Source of the DNA: an uncultured cyanobacterium
Lineage (GTDB): Bacteria > Cyanobacteriota > Cyanobacteriia > Cyanobacteriales > Microcystaceae
NCBI GenBank assembly: GCA_963807635.1
Contig: CAWEDJ010000088.1
Coordinates: 1-10,273 of the forward strand
Length of the DNA stretch: 10,273 bases
Direction: 5' to 3'
Of this stretch, positions 1 to 9,208 are shown in pieces; within the stretch, counting starts at the first letter, position 1, and every line of letters begins with the position of its first letter. The position numbers were made by a program, and so were the translations under genes. The notes beneath the pieces are model-generated. The model did not search any database. It was given only the letters and a program-made list of their open reading frames with translations, and was not told where the DNA came from.

Positions 1-807
1 AATAAGGGAATAACAATTGTTTGTTTTTCTACCGTATCTTTGAGAATTTGTTTAACGGTGATCTTGTGATAGCCAATATTACTATAGTCAGAATTTAACA
101 ATTCTTTCAAAGGAAGTTCCTGGGGATTATTGGGAAAATGTAACATCACACCCGAATCACTAAGGTCATAAATTAATTTTTGCCATTTATTAAAATTCAC
201 ATTATCTAGACTGTAATTGAGATCGCAATAATTCACAATTTCTTTTAAAGCTTCTTCAAATTGGGGAGGAAGCATAACATCATCATATTGATAGAGATCA
301 TCTGGAATGGGAGGACGAAAATGACGGACTAAAAGTAGCCGATGAACTGTCGGATTGAAAAATTCGATGAGCTTGTTTATATCGCGATCGCGATTTCTGA
401 AGGAGGTGATAGATTGGTTATAACGGTCTTTAACGACCATTAAAAGATACTGGTTGCAGATTAAAAGATTGCTTATAAATTTTGCCTCTTAAGTTTTCTT
501 TATGGTTTTCAAGGCTTTCTTTAATGGCATTCTCTATGCTGATTTTTAGGGGACTACCTTTGGGAAAATCAACTTCTATAAAATCGATAATATGTAAGGG
601 TGTCCAAATGTCATCGTAAAGAAAATTTATAACAGATTTACCAAATTCATCAATGATTAATCGTTTACGTTGTTTTTGCCGTTCTTTTTGTTCTTCTATC
701 GATAATTTTGCTTTCGGCTGAATGGTTTCTTCAGCGACAATTGGAGATTTAGATGGAATCGGTTCGGTCGTGGTTTCCAGTCGTTTTTTAAAAAATTTGT
801 TAAGCAT
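1..807 (-). CDS. Hypothetical protein, 3'-truncated by the window edge; probably one gene split by a +1 frameshift near 480 (alternatively two genes, 430..807 and <1..440)
   Basis: ORF 430..807 is followed by a second stop-free minus frame from about 490 to base 1 (…FISNLLICNQYLLMVVKDRYNQSITSFRNRDRD…KQTIVIPL; ATG at 440). Removing one base of the T4 run at 480-483 joins LRGK to FISNLL. No family motif recognised. Confidence 0.6.
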
Positions 808-1109
808 TATAAAAAATTGAATTAATAAATTGAGATTGGTAAAATTTTAGGACTAACCCTGTAAACGATGCTCAGGATGCGGCGATCGCGACTTAAGCTG
901 AAATATTCATACTAGGGGTCTAGACTTTTGTTTCGACTGCTTATCATGATTATTTTTCCAGCATAAATGATCTTTCTAGAAATGAGAGTCGGAAAAAGTC
1001 AGTTTTTGTCTGTTGTTTTGAGTGATGACATAACTGAGCAAAATCTCTCAGGATTGACTACCCTAGAAAAAGAAACCGCGCCCCGTTAGTTTTCCTAACT
1101 GATAACGCC

Positions 1110-2450
1110 ATGATAGAGGAACAAAATGCCGAGAATGTGAATTTAACTGTGGAAACGGTGGAACCCGTAACCGATGAGACATCTTTGGTAGACAACGCGG
1201 TGACTGTCGCTCCGTCCTGGGTCGATCATCTCGCCAGGCTCTGGAACACGACCACGACCAACCTCAACAAGCTACTTCCTGTAGAACAACTAACCCAGGG
1301 CATTGTCAAAGGATTTACGGTCAATGAAGAGCAAATGGCCGAAATTTTAGAAACAATTCGAGCTGAGTTGCCCACCACCGAAGCCCTGCTAATCGGCAAA
1401 CCCCAGGCGGGGAAAAGCTCTATTATTCGGGGTTTAACGGGCGTTTCTGAAGCGATTGTTGGTCAGGGCTTTCGACCTCACACCCAACATACCCAGCGTT
1501 ATGCCTATCCCTCGGCGGAAGTTCCCCTGCTCATTTTTACGGATACCGTTGGTTTAGGGGATATTAATCAAAATATTGATGTAATTATCGAAGAATTGGT
1601 CAACGATCTCAAGGAATCTACCCATCGCGGGCGGGTCTTTATCCTGACGGTCAAGATTAATGATTTTGCCACGGATACTCTGCGACAAGTGATTCAAAAA
1701 TTACGTCAGGAATATCCTCAAATTCCCTGTTTATTAGTTGTTACCTGTCTCCACGAAGTTTATCCTACTGAAATGACCGATCATCCCGTGTATCCTCCCG
1801 ATTTCCCTGAAATAAGCAGGGCTTTTACAGAAATCAAGGAAAATTTTGGGGATTTCTCCAACTGTCAGATATTAATCGATTTTACCTTGGAGAGCGATGG
1901 TTATACGCCGATTTTCTATGGATTAGAGTCTCTACGGGATACTTTAGCGGAGTTATTGCCTGAAGCCGAGGCGCGATCGATCCATCAATTATTAGATGGC
2001 GCAACGATGAAACAAATCGGGAATCTTTATCGAGATGTGGGGCGACGATATAGCCTAGCTTTTTCGATCATTGCGGCAACCTTGGCGGCGGTTCCCCTTC
2101 CCTTTGCGACGATGCCTGTTTTAACGGCTTTACAGGTTTCTTTGGTGGGTTTACTCGGTAAATTGTATGGACAAATTTTAACCCCTTCCCAAGCAGGTGG
2201 AGTTGTCAGTGCGATCGCGGGGGGATTTTTGGCTCAAGCAGTGGGGCGGGAATTAATCAAATTTGTACCTGGTTTCGGCAGTGTGATTGCGGCTTCTTGG
2301 GCGGCGGCCTATACCTGGGCATTAGGGGAAGGAGCTTGTGTCTATTTTGGAGATTTGATGGGAGGCAAGAAACCCGATCCGAAACAGATTCAATTGGTGA
2401 TGAAAGAAGCGTTTAAATCAGCCCAAGAACGGTTTACCTCTAAAACTTAA
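1110..2450 (+). CDS. YcjF-family / DUF697-domain P-loop GTPase, 446 aa
   Basis: G1 GKPQAGKS, G3 DTVG, G4-position TCLHE; C-terminal Gly/Ala-rich hydrophobic region (AAVPLPFA…GKLYG…LIKFVPGFGSVIAAS) typical of DUF697. Intact ORF. Confidence 0.88.
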   Translation: MIEEQNAENVNLTVETVEPVTDETSLVDNAVTVAPSWVDHLARLWNTTTTNLNKLLPVEQLTQGIVKGFTVNEEQMAEILETIRAELPTTEALLIGKPQAGKSSIIRGLTGVSEAIVGQGFRPHTQHTQRYAYPSAEVPLLIFTDTVGLGDINQNIDVIIEELVNDLKESTHRGRVFILTVKINDFATDTLRQVIQKLRQEYPQIPCLLVVTCLHEVYPTEMTDHPVYPPDFPEISRAFTEIKENFGDFSNCQILIDFTLESDGYTPIFYGLESLRDTLAELLPEAEARSIHQLLDGATMKQIGNLYRDVGRRYSLAFSIIAATLAAVPLPFATMPVLTALQVSLVGLLGKLYGQILTPSQAGGVVSAIAGGFLAQAVGRELIKFVPGFGSVIAASWAAAYTWALGEGACVYFGDLMGGKKPDPKQIQLVMKEAFKSAQERFTSKT

Positions 2451-2588
2451 GTCTATCTAAATTAATCGTAGTTTTTAGCAGTTGGCTATCGGCGATCGCT
2501 TTCGGTTAGGTTAATGGCAAATCGGAGTCGATGATTGTGACTTCTTCATAATTAGTTCGTAAGGTTTATAAATAAAATTACCTATTTC

Positions 2589-3432
2589 TTAAAACGCTTC
2601 TAATGGTAATGTATCAACCTTCGTCATCCATCTAGTCGGAATAAAACGAAACGTATTATTTCCCGTCATGAGATTAAAATTTTGTTCAATAATATTTTCT
2701 GTAATTTCTACCGCAATCTCTTGATCTTCGCCTAGAACTTGAAGTTTCTTTAATGTTTGGGTTTTAGCATCAACCCAAAGAATGAACTGCCATTTTCCGC
2801 ATCGGATTTATAATGATAAAGTAGATAATCTTCACCCTCTATTGTCTGATTAGTTTGTTTAAAAATAAATCCTTCATCTTGATAATTTTCGACAAAAAAG
2901 TTAGTAATTGATTGCAAAAGATCAGCTTGATTGATGCTTCCATTATCTTGATTTGTTAGAAGAGAACGCACAATTTCCAATAAAAAGAAGAGGATAAACC
3001 CACTAAAATACTATCCTCAGAAGCCTGAAACTGTTCAGCACTCATTGCTGCATAGTCATTCTTTTGGGGATCGTAAATCCATGTTGTTTTTCCATCAGAA
3101 ACAAGTAAATATTTTTTATCTTCGTACTGAATCTCTGAGCGAAATTGATTGGGTAAAACAATCATCGTTTGATTTTTATTGATAATATTGACCTTGCTGC
3201 CCTCCATTGTCGCTTTCATCGTTGTTTCTGAAGAAAGTTGGTAGCGGTCATATTGAAAAAAACGATTCAATGCTTTTTTAAGAGGTGCAAGATTCGTCGG
3301 TTCTTTCTCGTTTAAGCTACTTTGGGCAGATTCCGCTCGGCAGTCCGTCATTCCTCCCAAGGCGATCGCAGAAAAAATGAAAACAATATTTAATAAAATC
3401 AACCAACGGGCCTTAAAAATATGAAGAAACAT
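2589..3432 (-). CDS. Secreted LolA-like / DUF2092-family protein, about 281 aa after correcting two frameshifts
   Basis: N-terminal signal/TM segment; LolA-fold motif PNQFRSEI…LVSDGKTTWIYDPQKNDY. Single-base losses at the A5 run 2982-2986 and near 2790 join ORFs 2956..3447 and 2750..2980 to a third frame (QFILWVDAKTQTLKKLQV…NTFRFIP…KVDTLPLEAF*) that ends at TAA 2589-2591. ATG 3432 preferred over TTG 3447. Confidence 0.75.
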
Positions 3433-3527
3433 AAATGTAATAATCAAAATAGTTAAATTTAATCATAACCTTAACATTAATCATTAACCCGTTTTGGAAA
3501 GATTCCTTCATTCATTTCTGCTGATTT

Positions 3528-3878
3528 ATGACCAAACTAAACCCTCCTAGCCCCAAAAATCGCATTGTTTATCAGGAATTTGGCTCTCCTCTCTCCTCAG
3601 AAGCCCTCGAAAGAGCGACTCCCGATTTACCGCCCCAACAACAAAATTTGCGGATACAAGCCTCTCGTTCAGGAAGAAAAGGGAAAACGGTGACCATCAT
3701 TACAGGCTTTCAGAGTTCGGCTGAGACCTTGGCCAAACTGCTTAAACAACTTAAAACCCAATGTGGTAGTGGCGGAACCGTCAAGGAAAATAGCTTAGAA
3801 ATTCAAGGTGATCATCGAGATAAATTGCTACAACTCTTGACCCAGTTAGGCTATAAAGCCAAAATTAGTGGAGGATAG
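3528..3878 (+). CDS. yciH: Translation initiation factor SUI1 / YciH family protein
   Basis: Signature motifs GRKGKTVTIITG, LKTQCGSGGTVK, LEIQGDHRDK and C-terminal KAKISGG. Confidence 0.95.
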   Translation: MTKLNPPSPKNRIVYQEFGSPLSSEALERATPDLPPQQQNLRIQASRSGRKGKTVTIITGFQSSAETLAKLLKQLKTQCGSGGTVKENSLEIQGDHRDKLLQLLTQLGYKAKISGG

Positions 3879-3934
3879 TATTTTTTTAAACTTAATCTGA
3901 TTAACTTTTTTTAGAATATATGTTAGGAAAAAAT

Positions 3935-4120
3935 ATGAGTGAATTTGATTTTAATGAATCTCTGCATTGGACACCCGATGCCAAACTAAAATTAAAAAAT
4001 ATTCCCTATTTTGTTCGTACCCAAGCCCGACAACGGGTTGAACAGTTAGCCCGTGAAGCCAATCTAGATGAAGTCACGGTGGAAATTGTGGAGCAAGCAC
4101 GCTTAGAATTTGGTCAATAA
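3935..4120 (+). CDS. Stand-alone PCP reductase (PCP_red) domain protein, 61 aa
   Basis: [30 protein letters not shown]…[10 protein letters not shown] matches the W…IPxFVR…E pattern of the ChlB/BchB C-terminal domain. AGGA at 3925-3928 favours ATG 3935 over ATG 3920. Confidence 0.85.
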   Translation: MSEFDFNESLHWTPDAKLKLKNIPYFVRTQARQRVEQLAREANLDEVTVEIVEQARLEFGQ

Positions 4121-4203
4121 TTTTTAGAGTAAACATCTTGAAATTTATTAAGAATAGTCAAAATCATGCAGCTAAGCTATTCATTATTTTAAACGCATAC
4201 AGG

Positions 4204-4223
4204 CAAGGGGCTTAAGCCCCTTG
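4204..4223. repeat. Perfect 20-bp palindrome CAAGGGGCTTAAGCCCCTTG (REP-like repeat / possible bidirectional terminator)
   Basis: Sequence equals its own reverse complement; extendable by G-U pairs (GG 4202-4203 with TT 4224-4225); lies between the convergent PCP_red and menD genes. Confidence 0.75.
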
Positions 4224-4234
4224 TTATAAGATTA

Positions 4235-5304
4235 TAGCGGAATTCACTTGAATGAGGTATAAATATAAAAAAGAGTTTAGTAAAGTATTAATTAAAAATA
4301 ATGAAAGCTTATTCTGTAGAATTTCGCCAAAAAATAATTCAAGTATATCAAGAAGAAAAAATATCTCAAGCGAAGTTAGCAATGCGATTTAGAGTTGCAT
4401 TGAGCTTTGTGGAGAAAATTATTAAGCAATGGCGTGAGACAGGAGATGTAAGCCCGAAACCGCATGGTGGAGGTCAGAAATTAAAAATGTCTGGCGAGCA
4501 GATTATTCTAGTAGGAGAGTGGGTAAAAGAAAAAAATGATGCAACCTTGGATGAATTAAGATACAAATTAGAAAAAGAAGCAAATGTAGTGGTAAGGAAC
4601 TCAACGATTAGTCGGATCTTAAAAAGACTAAATTTAACGCGTAAAAAAAAACGATACACGCGAGTGAGCGATATACAGAAAGAGTACAGCAAGAGAGGGT
4701 AGAGTATTGGGAAAGAATTCAAGATGTAAAGTCTGAAGACATGGTATTTATTGATGAAGCAGCCTCAAACCGAGGAATGACAAGGCTTCAGGGCAGGGCA
4801 GAGAAAGGAAAGAGAGCCTACGGTATAGCTCCAAAAAGTCGAGGAAAAAGCGTGACAATGATAGGAGCAATAGCCCTGAAGGGGATAATAGCATTTGTCA
4901 ATATATGGGGAGCATCAGATAGTCTCACCTTCGAGGCATTTATTGCTCAATTACTAGTTCCTAATTTATGGGAGGGAGCCTGCGTAATACTAGACAATTC
5001 CTCTATCCACAAAGAGAAAGATATTAGACCCATAATAGAAGGGGTAGGAGCTAGACTAGAATTTCTCCCTCCCTATTTTCCTGACTTTTCCCCGATTGAA
5101 AATTGTTGGTCAAAAGTAAAAGAAATCATCCGTTCTAGAGAACCTCGTACTTACGCTGATTTAGAGAAAGTCATTGTGGAGGCATTTAATCAAATTTCGT
5201 TGAGGGATATTCATAATTGGTTTACTCATTGTTGCTACTGTAACTTACCTTTTCATGAAGATGGATGATAATTCGACTACCCCTCACTCATGTGAATACC
5301 GCTA
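4235..5304 (+). mobile_element. IS630-family insertion sequence, 1070 bp, with TA target duplication
   Basis: IRL 4235-4257 TAGCGGAATTCACTTGAATGAGG versus reverse complement of IRR 5282-5304 TAGCGGTATTCACATGAGTGAGG (20/23 match); TA on both flanks (4233-4234, 5305-5306); encloses a transposase; contains no HIP1 site. Confidence 0.93.
4301..5268 (+). CDS. IS630 transposase, about 322 aa as an orfA (HTH) + orfB (DDE) fusion via -1 shift at A9 4643-4651
   Basis: orfA starts MKAYSVEFRQKII (HTH). A -1 shift in CGT AAA AAA AAA C gives RKKKTIHASERYTERVQQERVEYW…MVFIDE, in frame with ORF 4741..5268, which has the DDE motifs FIDE, LDNSSIH and FLPPYFPDFSPIENCW. Confidence 0.93.
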
Positions 5305-5343
5305 TATCAGCAAAATCCTTATGCAATCTAAATTCGTGACAGC

Positions 5344-7101
5344 TTACCTCCAGTAGTTTAAGTATTTTTTTAACCATTGGGCATCTAATTTACGATGGGT
5401 AACAATTTCTAGTAACCTAATTCCCGATATTGGCAGGGGATTCAATAATCTTTTCAAAGTTTCCCATTTTTCAATTTTTTGATATTCAATTCCATAGGTG
5501 AGAGCAAGTTGGGAAAAATTAATATTTTGAGGTGTGGCAAAATAGTCTTCAAATAAATCCTGAGAAGTCGTTTCTTCCGCGATCGCCAACATTTCAAAAA
5601 TCCCACCACCGTTATTATTAATTAAAATAATAGTTAAGTGACCCTCAAATTTTTCTCTGAGTAAAAAGCCATTGGTATCATGTAAAAGAGATAAATCCCC
5701 TGTTAATAAAATCGTCGGTTGATCTCGATGGGCAATGCCTAAAGCAGTCGATAAGCGTCCATCAATGCCATTAGCTCCTCGATTAAAATAGGGAATAGTT
5801 TGTTGATTATTGGATTTCCAAAAAAATTCTGCATCCCGAATAGGCATACTATTGGCGATGAAAATGGGAGCCTGATTTGGTAAGGATTCCGCTAATAGCC
5901 AGGGAATTTTAGCTTCAAATAAATCGTCTCTTTCGATCATTATCTCTGTCAATGGAATCTTGAATTTTTTGATTTAGAATTTTCCATTGATGAATATAAT
6001 CTGAGAGTTGAGGATTTTTAATATTTTCTTCAATTGTAATATTTGTTTTTAATTTTTTTTGACTTTCTTTTAATTGCCCTGAAAAAATCCCGCCAAGAAA
6101 GTCTAAGATGAATACTTTTCCCGTGCAAGGGATCATAATTTTCCCTAGAAGAATCAATAATATAACGAGGAATATATTGTTGGGTTAACCAAGTGCGTAA
6201 TTGCTTACTCGTCGGTAATTCTCCGATTTGAATGACAATTTCTGGGGTTAATAATTCGGCTTGATTTTGATTTCTTAAAATAAAATCATAATTAGTAATT
6301 AAATTTGCATTAAGCTCGGCAAAGTGTCTGACGGGGGAAAGAGCATCGGTGAGGACGGGATAATCTAAAATTTCTGCGATGTCTGCGATCGCTTGACAAT
6401 AATGGCCAGGTTGCCCCTCTTGATACAGACCTGCAATAATGAGTCCTCGTTTGGGAAACGGAGGAAGGGTTAAGGAAAAGGCATTGGTAACTAGGGAAGA
6501 AGGCTGAATTCCTGCAAAAAATATCTCTGGATCAAAGGAATTAGCAAAGCCAAAATATCAGGTTGCGGGATAGGAGCAAGAGGTTCCCGAAAAGGACAAT
6601 TGAGATGGACAACTCCTGCACGGGGAAACTGGGTTTGTTCCCAGGCATAAATTAGAGTTTGACGTAAATAGTGCAAGATTCAGGCTGAAGAAGCCAGGCT
6701 AATTCGGTTTGCCAATTGGGATAATGGCCATAAAGTTTGATTTGATCAATGGTTTGTCCTGCATGGCAATGGCGCAATTCCGCGGGCGATCGGCAGTTAA
6801 AATCAGAAGAGGAACCTGGCTTTCCTGGCTTCAATGACAGCGGGATAAAAATTCGCTCCTGCGGTGCCAGAGGTACAAACTAAGACAACAGGTTACGCGA
6901 TCGCTTCACCGACCTAGTGCAAAAAAGGCGGCGATCGTTCATCTAAAATAGGAAGTGTTTCGATCTGGAGGTGTTGGACAAAGGCAATAGTTAGGGGACT
7001 AGGCCGAGATCAGGACAAAGCACCGCCGTTACCAGCCCTAAACGATAGAGAGTTTCTACTAAAAGAGAAGCCCAGAGAGTATTGATATTACGAAAGTCCA
7101 T
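5344..7101 (-). CDS. menD: SEPHCHC synthase MenD (ThDP-dependent, phylloquinone pathway), about 587 aa reconstructed; about 10 frameshifts in this sequence
   Basis: Starts ATG 7101 [18 protein letters not shown]…CP(G)SR; successive frames give ILDERS(A)[32 protein letters not shown](P)[42 protein letters not shown] and GDLSLLHD…NNNGGGIF. Net base losses near 7011, 6931, 6908, 6894, 6826, 6782, 6690 and 6545; net gains near 6085 and 5945. Identity is firm; intact versus pseudogene status cannot be decided here. Confidence 0.93.
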
Positions 7102-7102
7102 G

Positions 7103-9126
7103 CTAAGGAGGAGACGGTATCGGGGAGGCTAGAATAGGAGGCGGGGTTACAGAAGAAGGCGTTACGGAAGGTATAGGAGAAGCAATATCAGAAGGAGCAA
7201 CTAGCGAAAGACGCAGGAGAAGGCAATTCAGACGGTGGCGGTGGTGTTACATTCATTTCTGGCGTGGCGAGGGGTGTGGGTTCAGGTGTTTTATTCAACC
7301 ACTGACTCACGGTATAGCCGATAAACAGGAGAGTGGCTAAACAGAGTAAGACCCACTGCCAAAAGGGAGGTTGACGGGGGGGAGATGGGGGGATAGTTTC
7401 TTCGGGTGATTCTTCTGAACTAGGTTCGGTATCAATTTCCGCTTGGGTTAGGATTCGGGGTGAATCTTCCGAGGGAACTTCTGCTAAAGTTTCTGGGTTA
7501 CGGGTCTTGGGAAGACGGGCTTGAATCTCTGTTAGGGAAAGAGGGGCAATCTCATCGGTAGAAGGGGAAACTTGATAGTGTACTAGGGCGATCGTGACGT
7601 TATCATGGCCATTTTTTTCGTTGGCGAGTTTCATTAGGCGATCGCGGGCAGTGGGAAGATCAATCTCTCCTGTCAAAATTGGGAGTAATTCGGTTTGCCA
7701 ATATTGTTCAATACGGTCTAAATCCGAAAGTCCATCGGAACAAAGAAGCAATAACCCCTCTCCTTCTAGTAATACTCGCTCTATACTGGGTTGAATTCTC
7801 TCAGAAGCCATAATACCGAGGGCTTGAGTCAGGGAACCTGAGTGAGAAAAATGCTGGACATTGCGATAAAGTTCATAACCCAGCCGCACTTCCCTAGAAG
7901 CTAAATCATCATCGACGGTCATTTGTTGACAACTGGTCGCAGTAATCCAATAGAGACGGGAATCTCCCACGTTGGCAAAATATAATTCCTGATGGTGAGC
8001 CAGACTCATGACCAGGGTGGTTCCCATGCGATCGCGGTCGGTACGATTTTCCTGCTCATTGCGATCGTAGATGACATCATTCGTTTCATTGATCGCCTGT
8101 TTGATGCCCTTCACCCAATCCTGGGGTGATAAATTAGACGACTGCTCAAATAGGGGGGTAAGCCTGGGATAAATCGTCCGTTGCCAATTGGGACGCAATT
8201 TCTCCCGCATCTTGACCACCAATGCCATCACAAATAATCACTAGGGTTTGTTGGGGTTGATTCCCTTCCTGTAGCTCACCACCAGAGGGATAACAGGCGT
8301 CTTCGTTATGCTCCCGTCTTGGCCCCTTATCCGTTGCCGTTATGATTTGATACTGGCAATCATAATTTTTGGCAAGTTCCGCGATCGCCCCTTCTAATAG
8401 CGCAGAGTAAATAATCGGCATGGGGAATTTTTCCCTTTCCTAATTTTTCTCCCAACTCTTCACAAAAATTCCCGATCGCAGGATGGGCTGTTTGGAGTAA
8501 ATCTGACCAGACTACCATCAACTCTTTAATCCGATGGTAATGATGGGAATCCAGGGGTAACTGCAACAACTGAATATTCGGCCCATTCACGCGGACTAAA
8601 GCAGGATCTAACAACCCCGAAACCACCTTTTGTGACTGTAGAGGCCGCCACAACTGAACCATTTGCCTTAACCAAATCAATTGGCGCAAAGGAGAAGCCT
8701 CTTGCCAAACTTCGGCTAATTGGGGAAAAAGCTGAGGATACTGAGGTTTTCCCTGCTCATTAAGGAGTAAAGCCCCATACTCCAACAACCAGCATTTAAA
8801 TCTATCTCTGGATCGGGACTGGGCAAAAAACTATATACCAGGGGAATATGGAGACGCAGGGGAAATAATTTCAAATAGGGCATGATCAGCGGAGGAATTT
8901 CCTCTAATCCCAAAGGAATCTGGGCGGGTAGAGTATCCAAAAGAATATTGGGAGATTCCAGTAAATATCGCTCCTCTAATAACTCTCCTACCTGAAAAGC
9001 CCTAATCCAATCCCCCACTGCCCATAGATAACGTTTAACCAAGGGAAAACCACAAGCCTCACACAGAGAATTCTCTAGAGGATTGACCGATTGACAAGGG
9101 GGATGGGCGCAGTGAATGGATGACAC
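7103..9126 (-). CDS. Membrane-anchored PP2C/PPM Ser/Thr phosphatase with N-terminal Cys4 Zn-ribbon and degenerate kinase-like region, about 673 aa reconstructed; 4 frameshifts
   Basis: CAHPPC…CEAC at the N-terminus; PPM motifs RREHNEDAC, ICDGIGG, MGTTLV, ANVGDSR, LTQALG, CSDGL, GHDNVT; TM helix FWQWVLLCLATLLFIGYTV; Pro/Ser-rich tail. ORFs 8716..9126, 8360..8788, 8146..8421 and 7188..8231 join by shifts near 8793, 8405 and 8178; a fourth near 7208 extends the tail to TAG 7103-7105. Confidence 0.88.
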
Positions 9127-9182
9127 TAAAATTTTTTCCTAATTTTTTCCTAAAAACTTCCTCAAAACAATTCTAAGGGTTT

Positions 9183-9208
9183 TCAGGATAGCTGAATAAT
9201 TATCCTGA
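9183..9208. promoter_or_regulatory. 8-bp inverted repeat TCAGGATA-N10-TATCCTGA in the divergent PP2C/vWA intergenic region (candidate operator or hairpin)
   Basis: Perfect arms at 9183-9190 and 9201-9208, followed by a T-rich tract; function is inferred only from position. Confidence 0.35.

Noticed and set aside
381..394. 14-bp palindrome ATCGCGATCGCGAT
   Set aside because: A HIP1 site with chance extension inside a coding frame (NRDRD).
2475..2500. Degenerate heptamer run TTAGCAG-TTGGCTA-TCGGCGA, resembling cyanobacterial short tandem repeats
   Set aside because: Only three poorly matching units overlapping a HIP1 site.
3455..3490. TTAAC/TTAAT repeats between the lolA-like gene and yciH
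   Set aside because: Expected by chance in very AT-rich DNA; spacing is irregular.
4474..4722. 82-aa minus-strand ORF
   Set aside because: Antisense shadow of the A-rich IS630 transposase; Phe/Leu/Ser-rich composition follows from that.
5915..6834. ORFs 5915..6157, 6491..6676 and 6652..6834 as separate small genes
   Set aside because: Each is partly in-frame MenD sequence with out-of-frame ends produced by the frameshifts.
7594..7794. 66-aa plus-strand ORF
   Set aside because: Antisense to the conserved PP2C core; no independent coding signal.
8526..8708. 60-aa minus-strand ORF
   Set aside because: Alternative frame wholly inside the phosphatase N-terminal region.
5344..9126. Programmed frameshifting or RNA editing as the explanation for the broken menD and PP2C
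   Set aside because: About 14 shifts in both directions with no shared slippery motif; sequence error or decay is far simpler.
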